From Epiperipatus broadwayi (taxonomy: Eukaryota; Animalia; Onychophora), in the NCBI GenBank assembly GCA_028023455.1, contig JAQFVV010000011.1:4898001-4962000 (forward strand): a stretch of 64,000 nucleotides of DNA, in the 5' to 3' direction. The translations under genes and the position numbers were made by a program. Numbering within the stretch: the first letter of the stretch is position 1; each line of letters begins with the position of its first letter. Under the pieces are notes generated by a model. The model was not told where the DNA came from. It did not search any database and saw only the letters and a list, made by a program, of their open reading frames with translations. This document shows, one piece after another, positions 1-14,700 of the stretch.

Positions 1-303
1 CCTTTCTATTGGCTAGCTAAAAGTTTTTTTCTTATTTGGTGTTTCATACCCCATAGTATGAACGGCTCCGTTTATATTTATACGTATTTTATTAGACCAT
101 TATTTTTAAAATATGGACCTAAAATCGATTCTGTCTTTGAACAATTCAGCGGAACCATCAATAATTTAACCAATCATGCTTTACTTGAAGTTAAAAAAGG
201 AGTAAATGTGGAAAATCTTATCAACGACCATTTAAATCTTATCAACGACCATATATCTCAGAAAACCCACAATCCTCAATCAAAAACAACACATATGGAA
301 TAA
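1..303 (+). CDS. REEP5/6 (YOP1/DP1, TB2/HVA22 family) C-terminal coding segment, 5' partial
   Basis: Frame open from base 1: PFYWLAKSFFLIWCFIPHSMNGSVYIYTYFIRPLFLKYGPKID..., matching the REEP5 region PFYYMLKCGFLLWCMAP..NGA..LY..IIRPFFLKH; TAA at 301-303; AATAAA at 319-324. Confidence 0.85.
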   Translation, partial: PFYWLAKSFFLIWCFIPHSMNGSVYIYTYFIRPLFLKYGPKIDSVFEQFSGTINNLTNHALLEVKKGVNVENLINDHLNLINDHISQKTHNPQSKTTHME

Positions 304-2226
304 AATCGTCTTATTTTTAATAAATTTTGAATGAAGTCGTTTTTTAACGACGATGATTTTTTTTTAATTTATTTCAACTTTTTTTTTTTGATAGACATTT
401 GCAGTCGTCATTGAGACAAAAAAAGAAACATTCTAAGAATTGAATGTTTTAATACATATTTTAAATATACATGAAATAATTATGCGATTTGTCTTTTAAA
501 ATGTAAGTACTGTTACACTTTATGATTGCTAATAGAGATCGTATTTAATGTAAATTGATAAGATAAATATATTCAACCAAATTATCTCATTCCCTTAATT
601 AATGAAAATTCGTTTGTCTACTGTAGTGAATTAAATACAATATTATGTTTTATAATTATAGATGTACGTGCTCTTTTATATACCGTATGTCCATGCGCAA
701 GAAAATTATATTCAAGCAATTAAAAAAAAACTTTTCTCCTTCCCCAATGAAGTTTGTAATTATTATATAACATCTAGACTTCAAAATTAATTATCAATTA
801 ATTAACAGAATAAACAAAGTACTTTCCAATATATTATCTTGTATGCATATCTTACATAATAAAATGAAACTGAAATTAACTTTATAAGATTTACTATATA
901 TTAATTTCATAACTACCGCTTCCAATATCTCTTATAGTAATCAGAATATTATTAAACATGGCAGATGGCCATTACTTAATATATTTTATAAAGTTAATTG
1001 CAGTTTTATTATTAATTGTTTAGTTATATGTTGGATTATTTCCATTGTCTGGTTGAGTGATTACTGTTTTTAGAAAAATTCTATATTTTTCCCAATATTT
1101 TTCTTGTTTGTCTGAACATTTATGGTGGTTGCATTTTACCTGTAGTTATATGTTGGATTATTTTCAACATCTAGTTCAGTTATTAATTTATTTATTTTTT
1201 AAAATTGAAGTTTATTTATCTTTTCTAAATGCATCCAACTACCACAAAACACAGTTTAGCATGGGACACAACATTTTGGATAGTAGTATTCTCTCTCCTT
1301 CAGGTATTACTGTCCAATCACTGACAGCTAGAAGAGTAGTTTAACCAATGCACTTTAGATTCATGAATACTGAATTCAACTTATAAAGACTATGTAAACT
1401 CATAACAATAGCAAACAATCCCATAAATCAATCTAGTGTGATAACCCATAATGTTCAGAAACCATTCATTAACTTTATTCATAAAAAGAGGGTGAAGATA
1501 TCAGAACGATTCTGGCAGATGAATATATTGAATTTCTACTAATTAATGCTTTTACCAAAATGGCTTGGTTGCTAGAATTTCACCTTAAATTCAGTATTTA
1601 CAAATACAAAAATAGCAGAATTGATCAGACCAGTAAATACCTGACTGAGGAAGGGAGAAGAAGAAGATCATTAATTATTTACTATCTTTTACATTGCGAA
1701 TGTATTTGGAAACATATAAATAAAGATTGAATTTTTCTAAAAATCTTAATAATTTAAATAGATGATGGAACTAGCGAACATATAACTACAAATAAATGTC
1801 ATTATTAAAATTTTTTGGATATACAATAATATTAAAACAGTAATAAACTCTCTACAGTACTGCCATCTACTGCAAGCCTTAGCAATCAATAGATATAAGA
1901 TTTGTGCTACTGTTTAACTTGTGTAAGCATGGAATTGGTGATCTTGTGACTATTAAATATGTGTATAATAAAGAAGCAGACAGCAAACTATAAAGTTAAA
2001 AATAAAAAAGAATAGAAGACTTTTTTTAATGGATTACAAGATAAAGCATTTTCTTATCGTTTGATTATATTGCTCATTGACAAAACTTGTTATGAAAACA
2101 AATCTTTTTAGACTGCTTTTACAAAAAATAGCATATCATTACTAAAAGCAGATCTGCACATCTACATAAATAACAATAATTAAGGAAATGAAAATTTCAA
2201 CTAATCAAAAGTACAGTTATGTTTTA

Positions 2227-2334
2227 TCCATATGTCATAGCATCGGCCGGGAGGCGAACCCGCAACAACCGTCTGAAACCAATTGCTTGCTTGCAAGGCA
2301 GTTGCGCTGTTCTCTCGGCTAACAATGTTTGACA
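2227..2334 (-). mobile_element. tRNA-Gly-derived SINE, variant with expanded variable arm
   Basis: Minus strand GTCAAACATTGTTAG...ACTGCCTTGCAAGCA+insert+GTTGTTGCGGGTTCGCCTCCCGGCCGATGCTATGAC; TSD ACAGTTATGTTTTA at 2213-2226 and 2335-2348. Confidence 0.85.
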
Positions 2335-3872
2335 ACAGTTATGTTTTAGTACATATAGAAACCTTTAATTTAAACATCTGTTATTTGAAAACTCCTATCA
2401 CCCAAAGAAAATTTTAAAGAAGATTTTTAACATTTTCTGATAAAAAAATAAATTTGTACATACATTTACAATTATTAAAATCAGTCAACACTTAGACAAT
2501 ATCAATAACAATCAATAATCTCAACCTGTTGTCAAGGCAACCTTTTAACAATAAAAAAATAAATAAAATTAAAGAAAAAAAATCACTCAAGACATATTAA
2601 TTAATAAGCCTAAACACGATCAGCTGCCTTTTTTACAATAAAAGAAATTGTGTTCTATTTTTATCAGCTCATGCACTATACATGTGTTCTGAAATATCAA
2701 CTCTAAGGATGTCGGAAGTAAATATGAAGACGTTTAAAACCAAAGAAATTTAAAAAATAGGATGCTTTGACTTTTTATGAATTAATATTACTGGGCCATG
2801 AAGACAATTTGCAATGTCCATCAATTCAAAACTTTATTTAATTAAAAAAAATTAGAGTGTAAATGCTAACAAAAAATATTATTTGCCTATTGCAGATGTC
2901 AAGGAAGTACTCAAATTTAACTTCGTAATTTTTTTTTTAAAAACTGAGACCCTATTTGTAGGACTACAACAATTAAAATTATTACACAGAAGCAGCAGAA
3001 CAAATATACAGGAAAAAATGGTGATGTTTATGTTTGATGCTAATGTTATTCATCTTCTTTTTTTCCATAGATAAATTTTATAATTTTAAATTTAACGCTT
3101 TTTTGCTCTCATAAATATTAAATAATTAAAATTTTTAAAGATGACTTAAAGAAACCTATTTTTAAGCCTACAACAATTAAAAATACTGCAAAGAGCTCCT
3201 AGTAATTATCTATTCTTGAAATTCAACAGATTCACAAGTTCTTCATTCAAATATATACATTGATGTTCATGCTATTCTTTATTTGTAAAGGTTAATTTTT
3301 TTAACAAAAATTATTTACTAAAGTGTCAGAATAAGAGACTAATAATGTATATCTTTTTTAGGTGTCTCATTGTCAAAAGTTTTAAAAAACTCAAGTTGCA
3401 TATATATATATATATATGAGAGAGGTTGTCTTAGGGCACACAATACAATGAATATATAATTCTAGAGGTAAAAAATTAAATCAATGAAGTCAACAGTTAC
3501 ATATATAAATATTGAAATAAAGTCTAGAAAAAATGCTACATTAATTAAGTAATATTTTTTGATATTTTTGAAATACTCTAACTTATTTAAAGTAAATATA
3601 AAAAGGTCTCTATATGATACAAATATTTTATTTATTTGGATGATTTTGACAAATGTTAAAATTTTTAATATAATAAAAAAAATTGTTTAAAACAAAGGTA
3701 TTTATATGCATGGTCATATACAATAATTATAATTTGTTTTCAATATGTTAAAGATTAAGAAAAAAAATTAATTAAAAAAGTATTTTTGAATTTATTTGAT
3801 TTTGGTGAATTAAATAGCAATCATGTTAATATTTGTAATCTTGGTTTTATTAATTAAAAAGGTAAGTACTTT

Positions 3873-3965
3873 GTCAAGCGTTGGTGGTTAAGTGGTCAGC
3901 GCAGCTGCCTTACAAGCAGTTGTCCCGGGTTTGCTTCCCGGCAGATGCTTTGACACATGAGGAAA
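3873..3965 (+). mobile_element. tRNA-Gly(TCC)-derived SINE
   Basis: GCGTTGGTGGTTAAGTGGTCAGCGCAGCTGCCTTACAAGCAGTTGTCCCGGGTTTGCTTCCCGGCAGATGC closely follows eukaryotic tRNA-Gly(TCC); 17-bp TSD AAAAAGGTAAGTACTTT at 3856-3872 and 3966-3982. Confidence 0.9.
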
Positions 3966-6900
3966 AAAAAGGTAAGTACTTTAATTTTCCTGATAATAAA
4001 TTTATGTAAATTCTTTAGTATTTGTATAAATACTAGTGTGACATTAACTATAAATATAGACAGTTTCAAGAAAAAAGCCTTTGCTATTTTTTACATTGGG
4101 TTCCCAGAAATATAGCTAGGGTTCAGCATAGTTTCTCATAGTTTAATATGTTTATAGTTGACCTGAATTCAGGGATTAAAATAGTTGAGGACTGTTAGCC
4201 TTAACCTTATCTATCTATTAATCAGTATATATTATACAGGTAATCTATATATAAAGCCAATCTACTTGCTTATATAATGGAAAAACCTAAGCTTGAGATA
4301 TTTTAGTAATACATTTTAAGTTATTTTACATATATGGAAGTTCAGACAAAACAATCTATACTTGTATATGCTTTGCCTCTTATTTGATTCCAGAAATAAT
4401 GAAAAAAAAGCTATTTCTTTATAGTATGAAATAGAAAAGTATTTTTAATTATCATTTGTTTTTAGTGAGTAAAGTATATTTAGTGACATTATTTTAAAAG
4501 ACTAACTCTAGTATTAAAGAAAATGCAAGATAAATCTGTTTCTTTATTGGTGAAAAGAAAAAAGAATTCTAATTTGTATTAAAAAAAAATTCTAACAAAT
4601 TAGAAGAAATTTTCTAACTAATGGAAATGAGTTTTTTTTAATATATATAAAAACTTGAACAAGTTGTACATTTTTAGAAAGGTAATATATAACTAAAGTT
4701 CTAAAGAAAATAACAATGAATTACAAAATGTTGATTTCCATTAAAACTCATGGCTTGTTTACCAAAAAAATAATGTGGTAGTTGTACAATTTTAGACCAC
4801 TGTTATACCATTATCTTAATTGATATTAATATAAGGATTTTTTCTAATGCATATTTTGCAGTATTGCTTTTATTGATTTATTAACTTAAAAAAAAATCTG
4901 AAGATGTCAGTATCTTACAGATAGTCAGTCTTTATTCTGTTGTTAACAAGTATTGTTCATAGCCAAAATTTTTGGAATAAAAATATATTTTGTTTGTTTA
5001 TTAAAATTTATGACTATTTTTATATATTAATTAGTTGATAATTATTTTTAAAAAAGAACAAACTTTGATTTTAGTCATTTATGTTTTATTTTTAAAAATA
5101 GAAGTTAATAAATTTGACTGGCACAATTGATATGGTGTTAGAATTTTTTCAAATATTGTAATAATTGTAAAGCAAATATCAGATTTTAAAGCACTATTTG
5201 ATAGATTTGTCATATATCCACATTTGAATACATTTTAAAAAATTAAAATAAAAAAAAGATTATTTTCTGAAATGTTTACTTTGACATCATTGTATGATGT
5301 ATTACATCTTTTATTCTTATTTACAACTCATTTTTAAATATTTTCTAAGTTCAAATATGATATTTAAGAATATTTTTCATTTATAAAATTTAATTAAAAA
5401 AAATCAAACCCAGTTTGTTGAGTTTTAGTATAAAATAAAGATTTTCTATAGAAATGACAGATTAAGCATTTTCAAAAACTTCCACCAGGTGTATCAACAG
5501 AAAGTGGCAGAATTTGCAAGTACCAAAAGGGTTAAAATTAACATAAACAAGTGAAATTATTATTTTATATGCATATACATTTCAAAATAATGTAGCTTTA
5601 TATTTATTTAAAAAAATTAATTTATAAGAATTGACATATCTTTATATTATGAAAAATGCAGGTGAGTGCACATATATATGAATATATGTTTAATATTTAA
5701 ATTAATTTACTATTTGTATATTGTTAAAATAGAATAAGTTTGACCTTGTTAGATTTAATGAAAGCAATAATTAATAATTAAAATATTTTATATTATCAAA
5801 CATATGTATGCTCGTGTTTTATACAAGACCACTTGCAATTTATACATCTATAAACTATAAGTTAATTAATGTTGCATTTACTTTTCTTTTACTAATCTGT
5901 AGAAATAGTTAATGTTATTATGAAAGACAAAATCAGAAATGATTTCTTTGTATTATTGAGAATATTTTCAAGATCTTTAATTGTGTTTTTATGATTTTTA
6001 CTACTAATTATTTTAAATTATTCCAATAAATCATTTTATTACTAGAGAACTTGTTTATGGAATCTAAATTAGTTAGCCCAGACACAACAGAATTAAGATG
6101 TGTGTGTGGATACCAATATAATTTTCATTAGAATTATTTAAAATCCAGTTTATCTATATATCATGATGATGATTACTAATTTATTTATGATCAATGCACT
6201 CATGGGGTCAGATGATTGGGTGCAAAAACTTATTAATATATGCTTAGCTTTACAAATTATGTGGATGCAGCAAAGAATATTGATGATTGTGCTTTATATT
6301 ATGTCTCATCATTGACATTGAATTGACGATTAACCTAATATTTTATTATATCTTTTTAAAATTAAACTGTAAAGGATCACTGCTGCTAATGATATTTGCC
6401 ACTATATTTTCTTTTTATTTGAGAATGCTGGTTCAATATTTGCTATGAGTTTTGATCTGTTTGCTATTTATAATTGCTTCTGATGATTTGTTGATTCTTT
6501 GCTCTTTTTGCATTCACTTTCTATACATCAATTCTGTATATCCATTCATTATTATATATCATCACAATATTTACAGTATATATTATATACATATATTTTG
6601 AATTCATCTGGTCTATATTGACTTGTTATTGCTAGCATTATAGAGACATTTTAATTTAAAATATTGGTTGATTAGACACATACGCCACTTGATGGCATGA
6701 TTTACGTGCTAAAACACATAAAAATGCCATTTACATGAGCAACTGTATTTTATGACATGATTTATGTTTTATGCCATTTAAATACGTGGGTGACCATTTA
6801 TCACAGCCATGTTTTATGTGTATACAACAATTCTGTTGTGCTACACATTGCCCATGTCGCATTGCACTAAATTATTTCTGCGAATATCGCACACTTTACA

Positions 6901-7289
6901 CTTTTTTATGGTTTCGTATGAGGATGTATGTCTTTTAATTATATAAAAAACTATTAATTGTAAATAATTTTTTTTTATTGAAATCACATGCTTTGACTAA
7001 CCAATAATTATTGGAGGGTTTACACACTTCTGTAGTCAAGTTTTAAGGTGCAAAACCTTGTCAAAGGGTATGTCTAAACATACTTTGAAGCAGGTAATGC
7101 TTCAAATAAAGTATTCTTGATAGCCTGAATGAAAAAACTTAGACATTGTTCGATTCTCTCATTTACCGACAACAGAAGCTAACTTGGTTTGACAGGTCCA
7201 GAATACTGTTTGTTCAAGCTATATGTCTTATATATTACTGGAGGCATGAACAGCTGGTTTTTTAATTTGTTGATCTTTATAGCAAAAAA

Positions 7290-7850
7290 AAACAACATAA
7301 GGTTTAAATTTGTTTTTTTAAAAAAAACATGGAACCAAAAAAAAATAGCATAATAACTTTTAAATTTGTTGCTGTTGTTTTAATAATAATAAAAAAGGAA
7401 CCCCCCCCCCAAAAAAAAAAAAAAGCGTAAGAAGTTTTAAATTTGTTGATGTTGTTTAAAAACAAAAAAACCTAATAAGTTTTAAATTTTTTTATGTTAT
7501 TTAAAAAAATAAATGCTAAACCAAAAAAAAAAACGTCCAAAGTTTTACATTTATTGATTTTTTTTTTTTTTTTTTGAAGAAAAAAAGGAATAAGTTGAAA
7601 AATTTTTGATGTTAATAAAAAAAGTGTACTAAGTTTGACATTAGTTGGTTTTATTTAAAAAAAAAAAAGAAATCAAAAAATAGACCCGTAATAAGTTGAA
7701 AATTTGTTGATGTTAATAAAAAAAAACCTTTAAAAACTACAAATTCTGTGTTTGATTTTTTTTGTAAATTTGTTGAAGTTAATAAAAAAAATATTTAAAA
7801 GGTACAAATTCTGTTTGATTTTTTTTTTATAAGAAAAAAAAAAATCCAAA
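7290..7850. repeat. Degenerate minisatellite, ~45-60 bp units separated by A/T runs
   Basis: Recurrent AAGTTTTAAATTTGTTGATGTT(G/A)-like unit near 7300, 7355, 7432, 7476, 7538, 7592, 7631, 7692 and 7760. Confidence 0.7.
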
Positions 7851-10459
7851 AAAAATATGGCCTGGAAACGTTAATCTTTTATGGTTTTTGTGTAGCTACA
7901 ATGCCATCAAGTAGCATTTGTGTCTAATCAACCAGTAACTAATTTAATAATATCTCCATCTTCAAAACTGTTACAGATATGTATCAATCTTGAATGACTT
8001 CTATTAGCAAAATATTAGTAATCGTGATTCGGTCAAAAAGTTGATATAATGTTAATATTAATAACAAGCAAATGTATACATTGATAAATTTAAAATAAGT
8101 TTATGCATTATGTGTTTGAAATGAAAAAGTGAATTTAAATGTATGAAATATTATATACTTTTCTAAAAAAATTTAGGTACCAATTTAGTATGGAATCTGG
8201 ACCTTTTTTGATGCAAGAAGAAGCAATTGAATCACTACTGATACAATTAATCAATACAAACAATAAATAATTTATTACACTTCAAATACCTTAATAATTT
8301 ATCTTTATTACACATAAAACAAAACAAATTATAAAAAAATTGTAATTTAACAATAAATGCATCAATATTTTATCCGTGTTACATTAAAGGTATATGAATA
8401 TTTTATCTATTTTACTAAGAATACATATTTCATATTTATTACACTACAAATACATGACTCTTTTATATTTATTACACTACAAATAAAATATTCACATATT
8501 TGTAGTGTAATGAAGTTTTAAAAAAATCCCCTAATTAATTGTATTATTTACAATTTGTTTCAATATTTGGAAATTTTAGTGTATTACAATAAATTGACAT
8601 ATTTCCTGTTAATATAATTACTCTCATGTATTTATTGTTGGTAATCTGTAGTTATGTCAGTATTGGTTTGAAGGCTCTTTATTGTAGAAAAAAGCCCCAG
8701 AGCACATACTAAATTGGCACCAAATTTTAGATATATTTTAACTATTAAATTTAAAATATATATTTAAAATGAATAAAATATACTAATTTCTAACATAACA
8801 AAGAAGATTAACAATAAATTTCTATAATTGTTGAAAGATGATTGTTGTGAATAAGCATTTTTCAAAAAAATAGACACAATAAATATATGTTAAATCACTC
8901 TTACAAATGTTAAGTTTTACAACAAGCCCCTCTGTGAATACATATAAAGTCTGAACTTAAAACAATCAATTCAAAAGGATATTCTCTTGAATCAAATGCT
9001 GTAATTATTTATATATTAAAATTCAGACTTATTCAAACAAAGAGCATGAAATTAAATTGGCAATGATTTTTAATTGCTAGTATATGTAAGTTAAATATAT
9101 TTGTTTGCTAGAAATGTAAAACTGTTGCTTATTTAATTTCATGCTTTTTGTTTGAATGAGTCCAAATTTCAGTATATAACATCATTACAGCATATGCTTC
9201 AAAAGAATACTCGTTTGAGTCAGTAGTTTGAAATTGATTTTTTTTTTTTTTGATTTACCAGTCCAATGGTTGGACCTCTTTAGAAACTTCCAGTTTTGTG
9301 CCCCTAAAGTTTGGGTACCAGATGTAACAGGTGGGGGTTTTATCACAAGAGATTGGGGAACACATCTCACTATGGTCAGACTTGGGGTCTTTTGGTAGAA
9401 TGCTGTGAACATGATGAAGTACCTAACCTATGATCTTATCTAACTCCAATGGGCTAACTCTATGTTTACACATTAAATTTAAATACAATTTGGCTAATTC
9501 ATCCATACCTCACTCCTCCTTCAAGCTGTTATGCCTCAATATTCAAACTCAGGGCAAAATTTGCCTTCAACTCTCTTCAGGGGTGAACTTACACTAAATA
9601 GCAACTGTTGCACATCTATATAGGTTCCAATTAATTTAAAGATCCATCCAAGCATATTACTGTTATTATATAAAAGTGAAATGTGGATGTGTGTATATAC
9701 TCGGTTAATGGTTGATAAATGAATACATAAATGATTCTGATAAACTAGAGACCATCAAGATAACATTTATTAAACAATAAAACAAAAAAATTAAAAACTT
9801 TTTAACATGATAAAACAATATAACTATGTGTGTCAAGGATGTATTTCTACCATATCAACAATTAAATGTGTTCACTATTCTAAACCCTTATCCATGGTAG
9901 AAGTACATAACATAGCACTAATTATTTACAAAGCAAATAAAAATAAAAACTTATTAACTAGACTGCAAAGCTAACTAGCTAATTTATATTATACAAGTAT
10001 ATCCATAGTAGCCTTGTAGCCTAATTCCGATTATCAATATTCCATCTTCTTTGGGAACCCCCTATCTATGTAGTCCCCTAAGGTTGGTAGGAAAGAACAC
10101 CCAGATGAGAAGATTAATCATTCATACCAAAAAATGAACATAAACAATTGTTAGTTAATGATGATTAAATAACATGAACTGACATGTACTAAGTGAATGT
10201 GATTAATATGGAACAATATAAAGTCTTATCTCATTCCATATCATGATGATCAATGTCAAATTGCTATGGAAGGAAAGCTGACTTAAACTTTATTTAACAT
10301 AAAAAAATGTTTTATCTAACTTAATAATCCCCCTCCTTCATTTTGTTTCATTCACTTATAATGGATTCTTCCAATTTGTCTTTCAGCTTCCAAGTGTAGA
10401 AATAAAAGTAGAATTTTACAGACATATCTAAAAAAATATATACATAATAAAATCAAAAC

Positions 10460-10640
10460 TTTCGTCAGGTCATCTTGGTTAATGTCCATAAGTTTGGCAA
10501 TAATGTCTTATGGATAGTCTCTCTCTCTTTGTATCACTCTGTCAGTAAATTATTCATTGCTCACTGGAATTCATTGGCAATGCACTTGAAATATTACTCA
10601 TTTTCTGCAGTTGCTCTCCTTCTTGATCCATAAAGACATT
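10460..10640 (-). mobile_element. Possible L1-type ORF1 remnant
   Basis: Broken minus frame ...IPVSNE*FTDRVIQRERDYP*DIIAKLMDINQDDL loosely resembles the L1 ORF1 RRM region; weak. Confidence 0.25.
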
Positions 10641-11789
10641 TAGTATAGGATGTTTGGTGTTCCTTTAGGCATTATATAGGTAAGTAGATTAAAACCTTGC
10701 ATTTCTATGGTCAGGACAGTAGCTTTCAGTCCCTTAATTTAGCCAGAATACATTGCACAGCAGTTTATAACAGATTTAACTTTTCTAGATTTGCTATTTG
10801 GCATTTAACAACTTATATAAAAAAGTTACTTCATCGTTTTATTTAAATGTTGGCAATGTTCTATTTCTTCTTTATCCTTGTTCAAATAATAGCACAATTT
10901 CTCAAATATCAATTTAAAATCAGTTGTTATTTTATTAAACTGCACAAATTTATCAAACTTTTCTCTATTTAAACATTGGTTGAAATTTCTTATGGTTTTG
11001 TGCTACAAAAATTATATGGATAATTCAGAATATTTGAACAAGTCATCCATCTTCCTTTGCATTCAAACATTCAGTCTTAGGATTTTGGCTTTATATAGTT
11101 GATGCATTATTTGAAAAATAACAAAAGATGACAGATATGAACTGGGTTAGCTTTTTATGCCATGCTTAGTTTCCAGTGCTTGGTATACTAACTTTTCAAT
11201 TTCCTTTGACATTGCTGTGGCTATCTATTGTTGCACATATTATATTGGTTGTAGTTAAAAAATAAAATTACATAACATAATTCTAATTTTAGTTTCCACA
11301 CTTGGTTGCCTAGTGATTGCCTTGACATTGTGTCATCACTATACTTACTAGGTCTGTTTCAATTTGTGATGTACAACACATTGATAATCAATTTATTATT
11401 GGTAAACATACATATTTAAATGATTTCTTTAAATAAGAGAAATTAGTTCATTGTGAACATTTGTTTAATTTGATATTTAACAAAGCAAACATTCATCATG
11501 TATATATATGCTTAAAATAAGCGATAGTGCATATTCAATCACCTATTAGTTAAACTTATGTTTTGAATGGGTTTGGTTTGGTGGTGTGGATAAATAAAGG
11601 TTGATTTTGATAGGATTGTAAGCTACCCTTACAGTACTTAAAAATGAATATTAGAAGTAGCAATAAAATGAAGCATAATTTATAAAATGTAGATATTTGA
11701 CTTAATACAACAAAATCTGCAGGTGACAATTAATATTTTTGGTAGTTGTAACCTATCCACCAGGTGAGATTGCAATACCATCAACAACC

Positions 11790-14700
11790 ACCACGAAGCA
11801 TGCAAGTGTTAAATTTCTATCTGAAATTCACTGAAAATTGACAAATTAAAAATTCCTAAGGCAAAAATAAAGTGAACAAATTCTTATAAAATACAAAAAA
11901 AACCTAGAAAATGCTATAAAATGTCAAATTACGAAAACAGAAATTGGTGAAAATGCGTCAAACGGAATACCCCCCCCATAAATAATTTCTATCCAAAAAT
12001 CACTGAAATTGACAAAATAAAAATGCCTGAGGCAAAATAAACCCACCAAATCCTTCAAAAATACAAATTACAAAAAAATGCTATGAAATTCAAAGTACAA
12101 CAAAAACAGAAAAAGTTTAATGGTCAAAAAAATATGGCAGGAATTAGAAAAACAGAATTTCATCAATATTTAGCTTTCAACATTTGCAAATATGCATCTG
12201 TGATCAGATTCAAAAGCAGTGATTATAAAAATTAAAAAGAACATTACACAAGAGATTCTATTTATCAAATTAATTATTCCCTGCTTTGAAATTATGGCAT
12301 ATCATCAAACATAAATCAAATGCAAATCTACCACCCCCTCATGAAAAATTTGTAGCCAAAAATTGCTGAAATCAAATTAAATCAAAATCCTTCTAAAATA
12401 CAAATTAAAAAAAAACCCAAGAAAACGCTATGGATCAAGAATTTGATCAAAATTAAGTAAAATACAAAAACAGAAATTGGTGTCTAACTAAAAGATATAC
12501 CCTCCCACATGAAGAATTAAAATGGCAAATGATGGTGACCAAGTAACTTTTCAAAAATGTATTAAGTTTAATCGATATTTAAAAAATAAAAGACTATTTG
12601 CAAATATTCCTGTATGTTATCTAACTAACAGATATAATAATATTTCACAGCATTTAAATAGACTAATACATACATATTAAGTAATTAAATATAGATAAAT
12701 GAGCACATAGTGATCTGTTGTTATCTCTTAGAATAATTTCAAAGCAGCTATTTATATCAGGAGAGCTACTAATTGTTTTTCCCAAAAATTTATTACATTA
12801 ATTATTCTCTGCTTTGAAATTATGGCATATCATAACATATGAATTTGAATTTAGAAATGAAATAAAATAATCAGAATAAAACATAGACATAGCTGTAGAT
12901 TATAGAAAGTTTGAAATAATCATTGATTATAATTACAGGAAAAATTATTAAAAAGTTATATTTATTGGCAAGAATGTTACAAGATTTTATTTTAACAAGA
13001 ATTTTAAGTAAATGAGAATATTATGGCATATCATTTAAATAGATTTATAGATATTGCAGGAAAAATATTACCCCCAATTTTCTTCAAGGCTGACATGAAC
13101 AGTTCCAAGCTCAGTTCACTGCCATTTGCACTATGATGACTTCATCGTCCACGCCATGTCCTGCCTTGTTTTAACTCTTTAATTAAGATTATAAAAATTA
13201 GCTTTCTATTGTTAACATTTTTAACTTAGCACTTTTATCAAAGACAATCCCTAAATGAATAACAGATTAAAAAAAGAATTTAACAGAAGACAGGGACCAA
13301 ACAGTACCTAGCAGTTATTTAATAAAGAAAGTTGAAAATTGAAATGTGATATAATAGGTATCTCTTACATTAAAAAATATCGGCACCAAAAAAAGGTAGT
13401 TCTTCAAAATATAACATTCCAATGCAATTTAAAATAATGTGATTCTTCAGCATTTTGCCAGAGAGAAAATATTTTCTTTAAAATATACTTTAGTACTATA
13501 TTCTGTGCATAGCAAATATATATATGAGGCATATTTTGATTATTTAAAGAAAGTTGCAAATTAAAATGTGATGTAATAGACCTCTTACATTAAAAAATAT
13601 AGATGCATTTGCAACTTTCTTTAAATAAATCATAATGAAATATGCATCTTATATATAATTACCAGTATGCACAAAATATGGTACTAAAGTATATTTTAAA
13701 GTAAATATTTTCTTTTTGGCGAAATGCTAAAAAATCACTTATTATTTTAAATTGCATTGGGGTTATATTTTGTGGAACTACCTTTTCTTTGCGCCAATAT
13801 TTTTTAATGTAAGAGAGGCCTATTACATCACATTTCAATCTGCAACTTTCTTTATTCTATGTACTGTTTGGTCCACATCTTCTGTTAAATCCTTTTTTTA
13901 ATCTGCTATTATTCTTTTAGGGATCATCTTTTATAAAAGTATTAAGTTAAAAATTTTAACAATAGAAAGTTAAAAGTTTATAATTTTAATTAAAGAAGAG
14001 TTGTAATCAAGGTAGGATATGGCATGGAAGATAAAGACATCATAGTACAAATGACAGTGAACTGAGCCTCAAACTGGTCAAGTCAGACTTGAAGGAAATT
14101 GGGAGTAATATTTTTTCTGCAATATCTATAAATCTATTTAAATGATATGCCATAATATTTTCAATTACTTAAAAATTCTTGTTAAAATAAAATCTTGTAA
14201 CATTCTTTTCAATAAATATAACTTTTTAATAATTTTTCCTGTAACTGTAATCAATTATTTTAAACTTTCTATAATCTACAGTCATGTCTATTTTCTTTCT
14301 AAATTCCAATTCATGTTAGGATATGTCATAATTTCAAAACAGAGAATATTTAATGTGATAAATTTTGGGGAAAAACAATTAGTAGCTCTCCTGATATAAA
14401 TTGCTGCTTTGAAATTATTCTGACATAACAAAAGATCGCTATGTGTTCATTGTTTATCTATATTTAATTACTTAATATGTATGTATTAGCCTGTATTTAA
14501 GTGTTGTGAATTATTATATCTGTTAGATAACACAAAGGCATATTTGCAGTCTTTTATTTTTTAAATATTGATGAAATTTAGTACACTTTTGAAAACTTAC
14601 TCAGTCACCACCATTTTTCGTTTTAACTCTTCATGTGGGAGGGTATATCTGTTAATTAGACTCCAATTTATGTTTTTGTATTTTACTTATTTTTGATCAA

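Noticed and set aside
3878-3950. Functional tRNA genes at the SINE loci
   Set aside because: TSDs, broken D/T arms, mismatched acceptor stems and variable anticodons indicate SINE copies.
4898-4928. Additional hammerhead-like cores (4898-4928, ~38950-38981)
   Set aside because: The GAAA core and stems are too degenerate to support a call.
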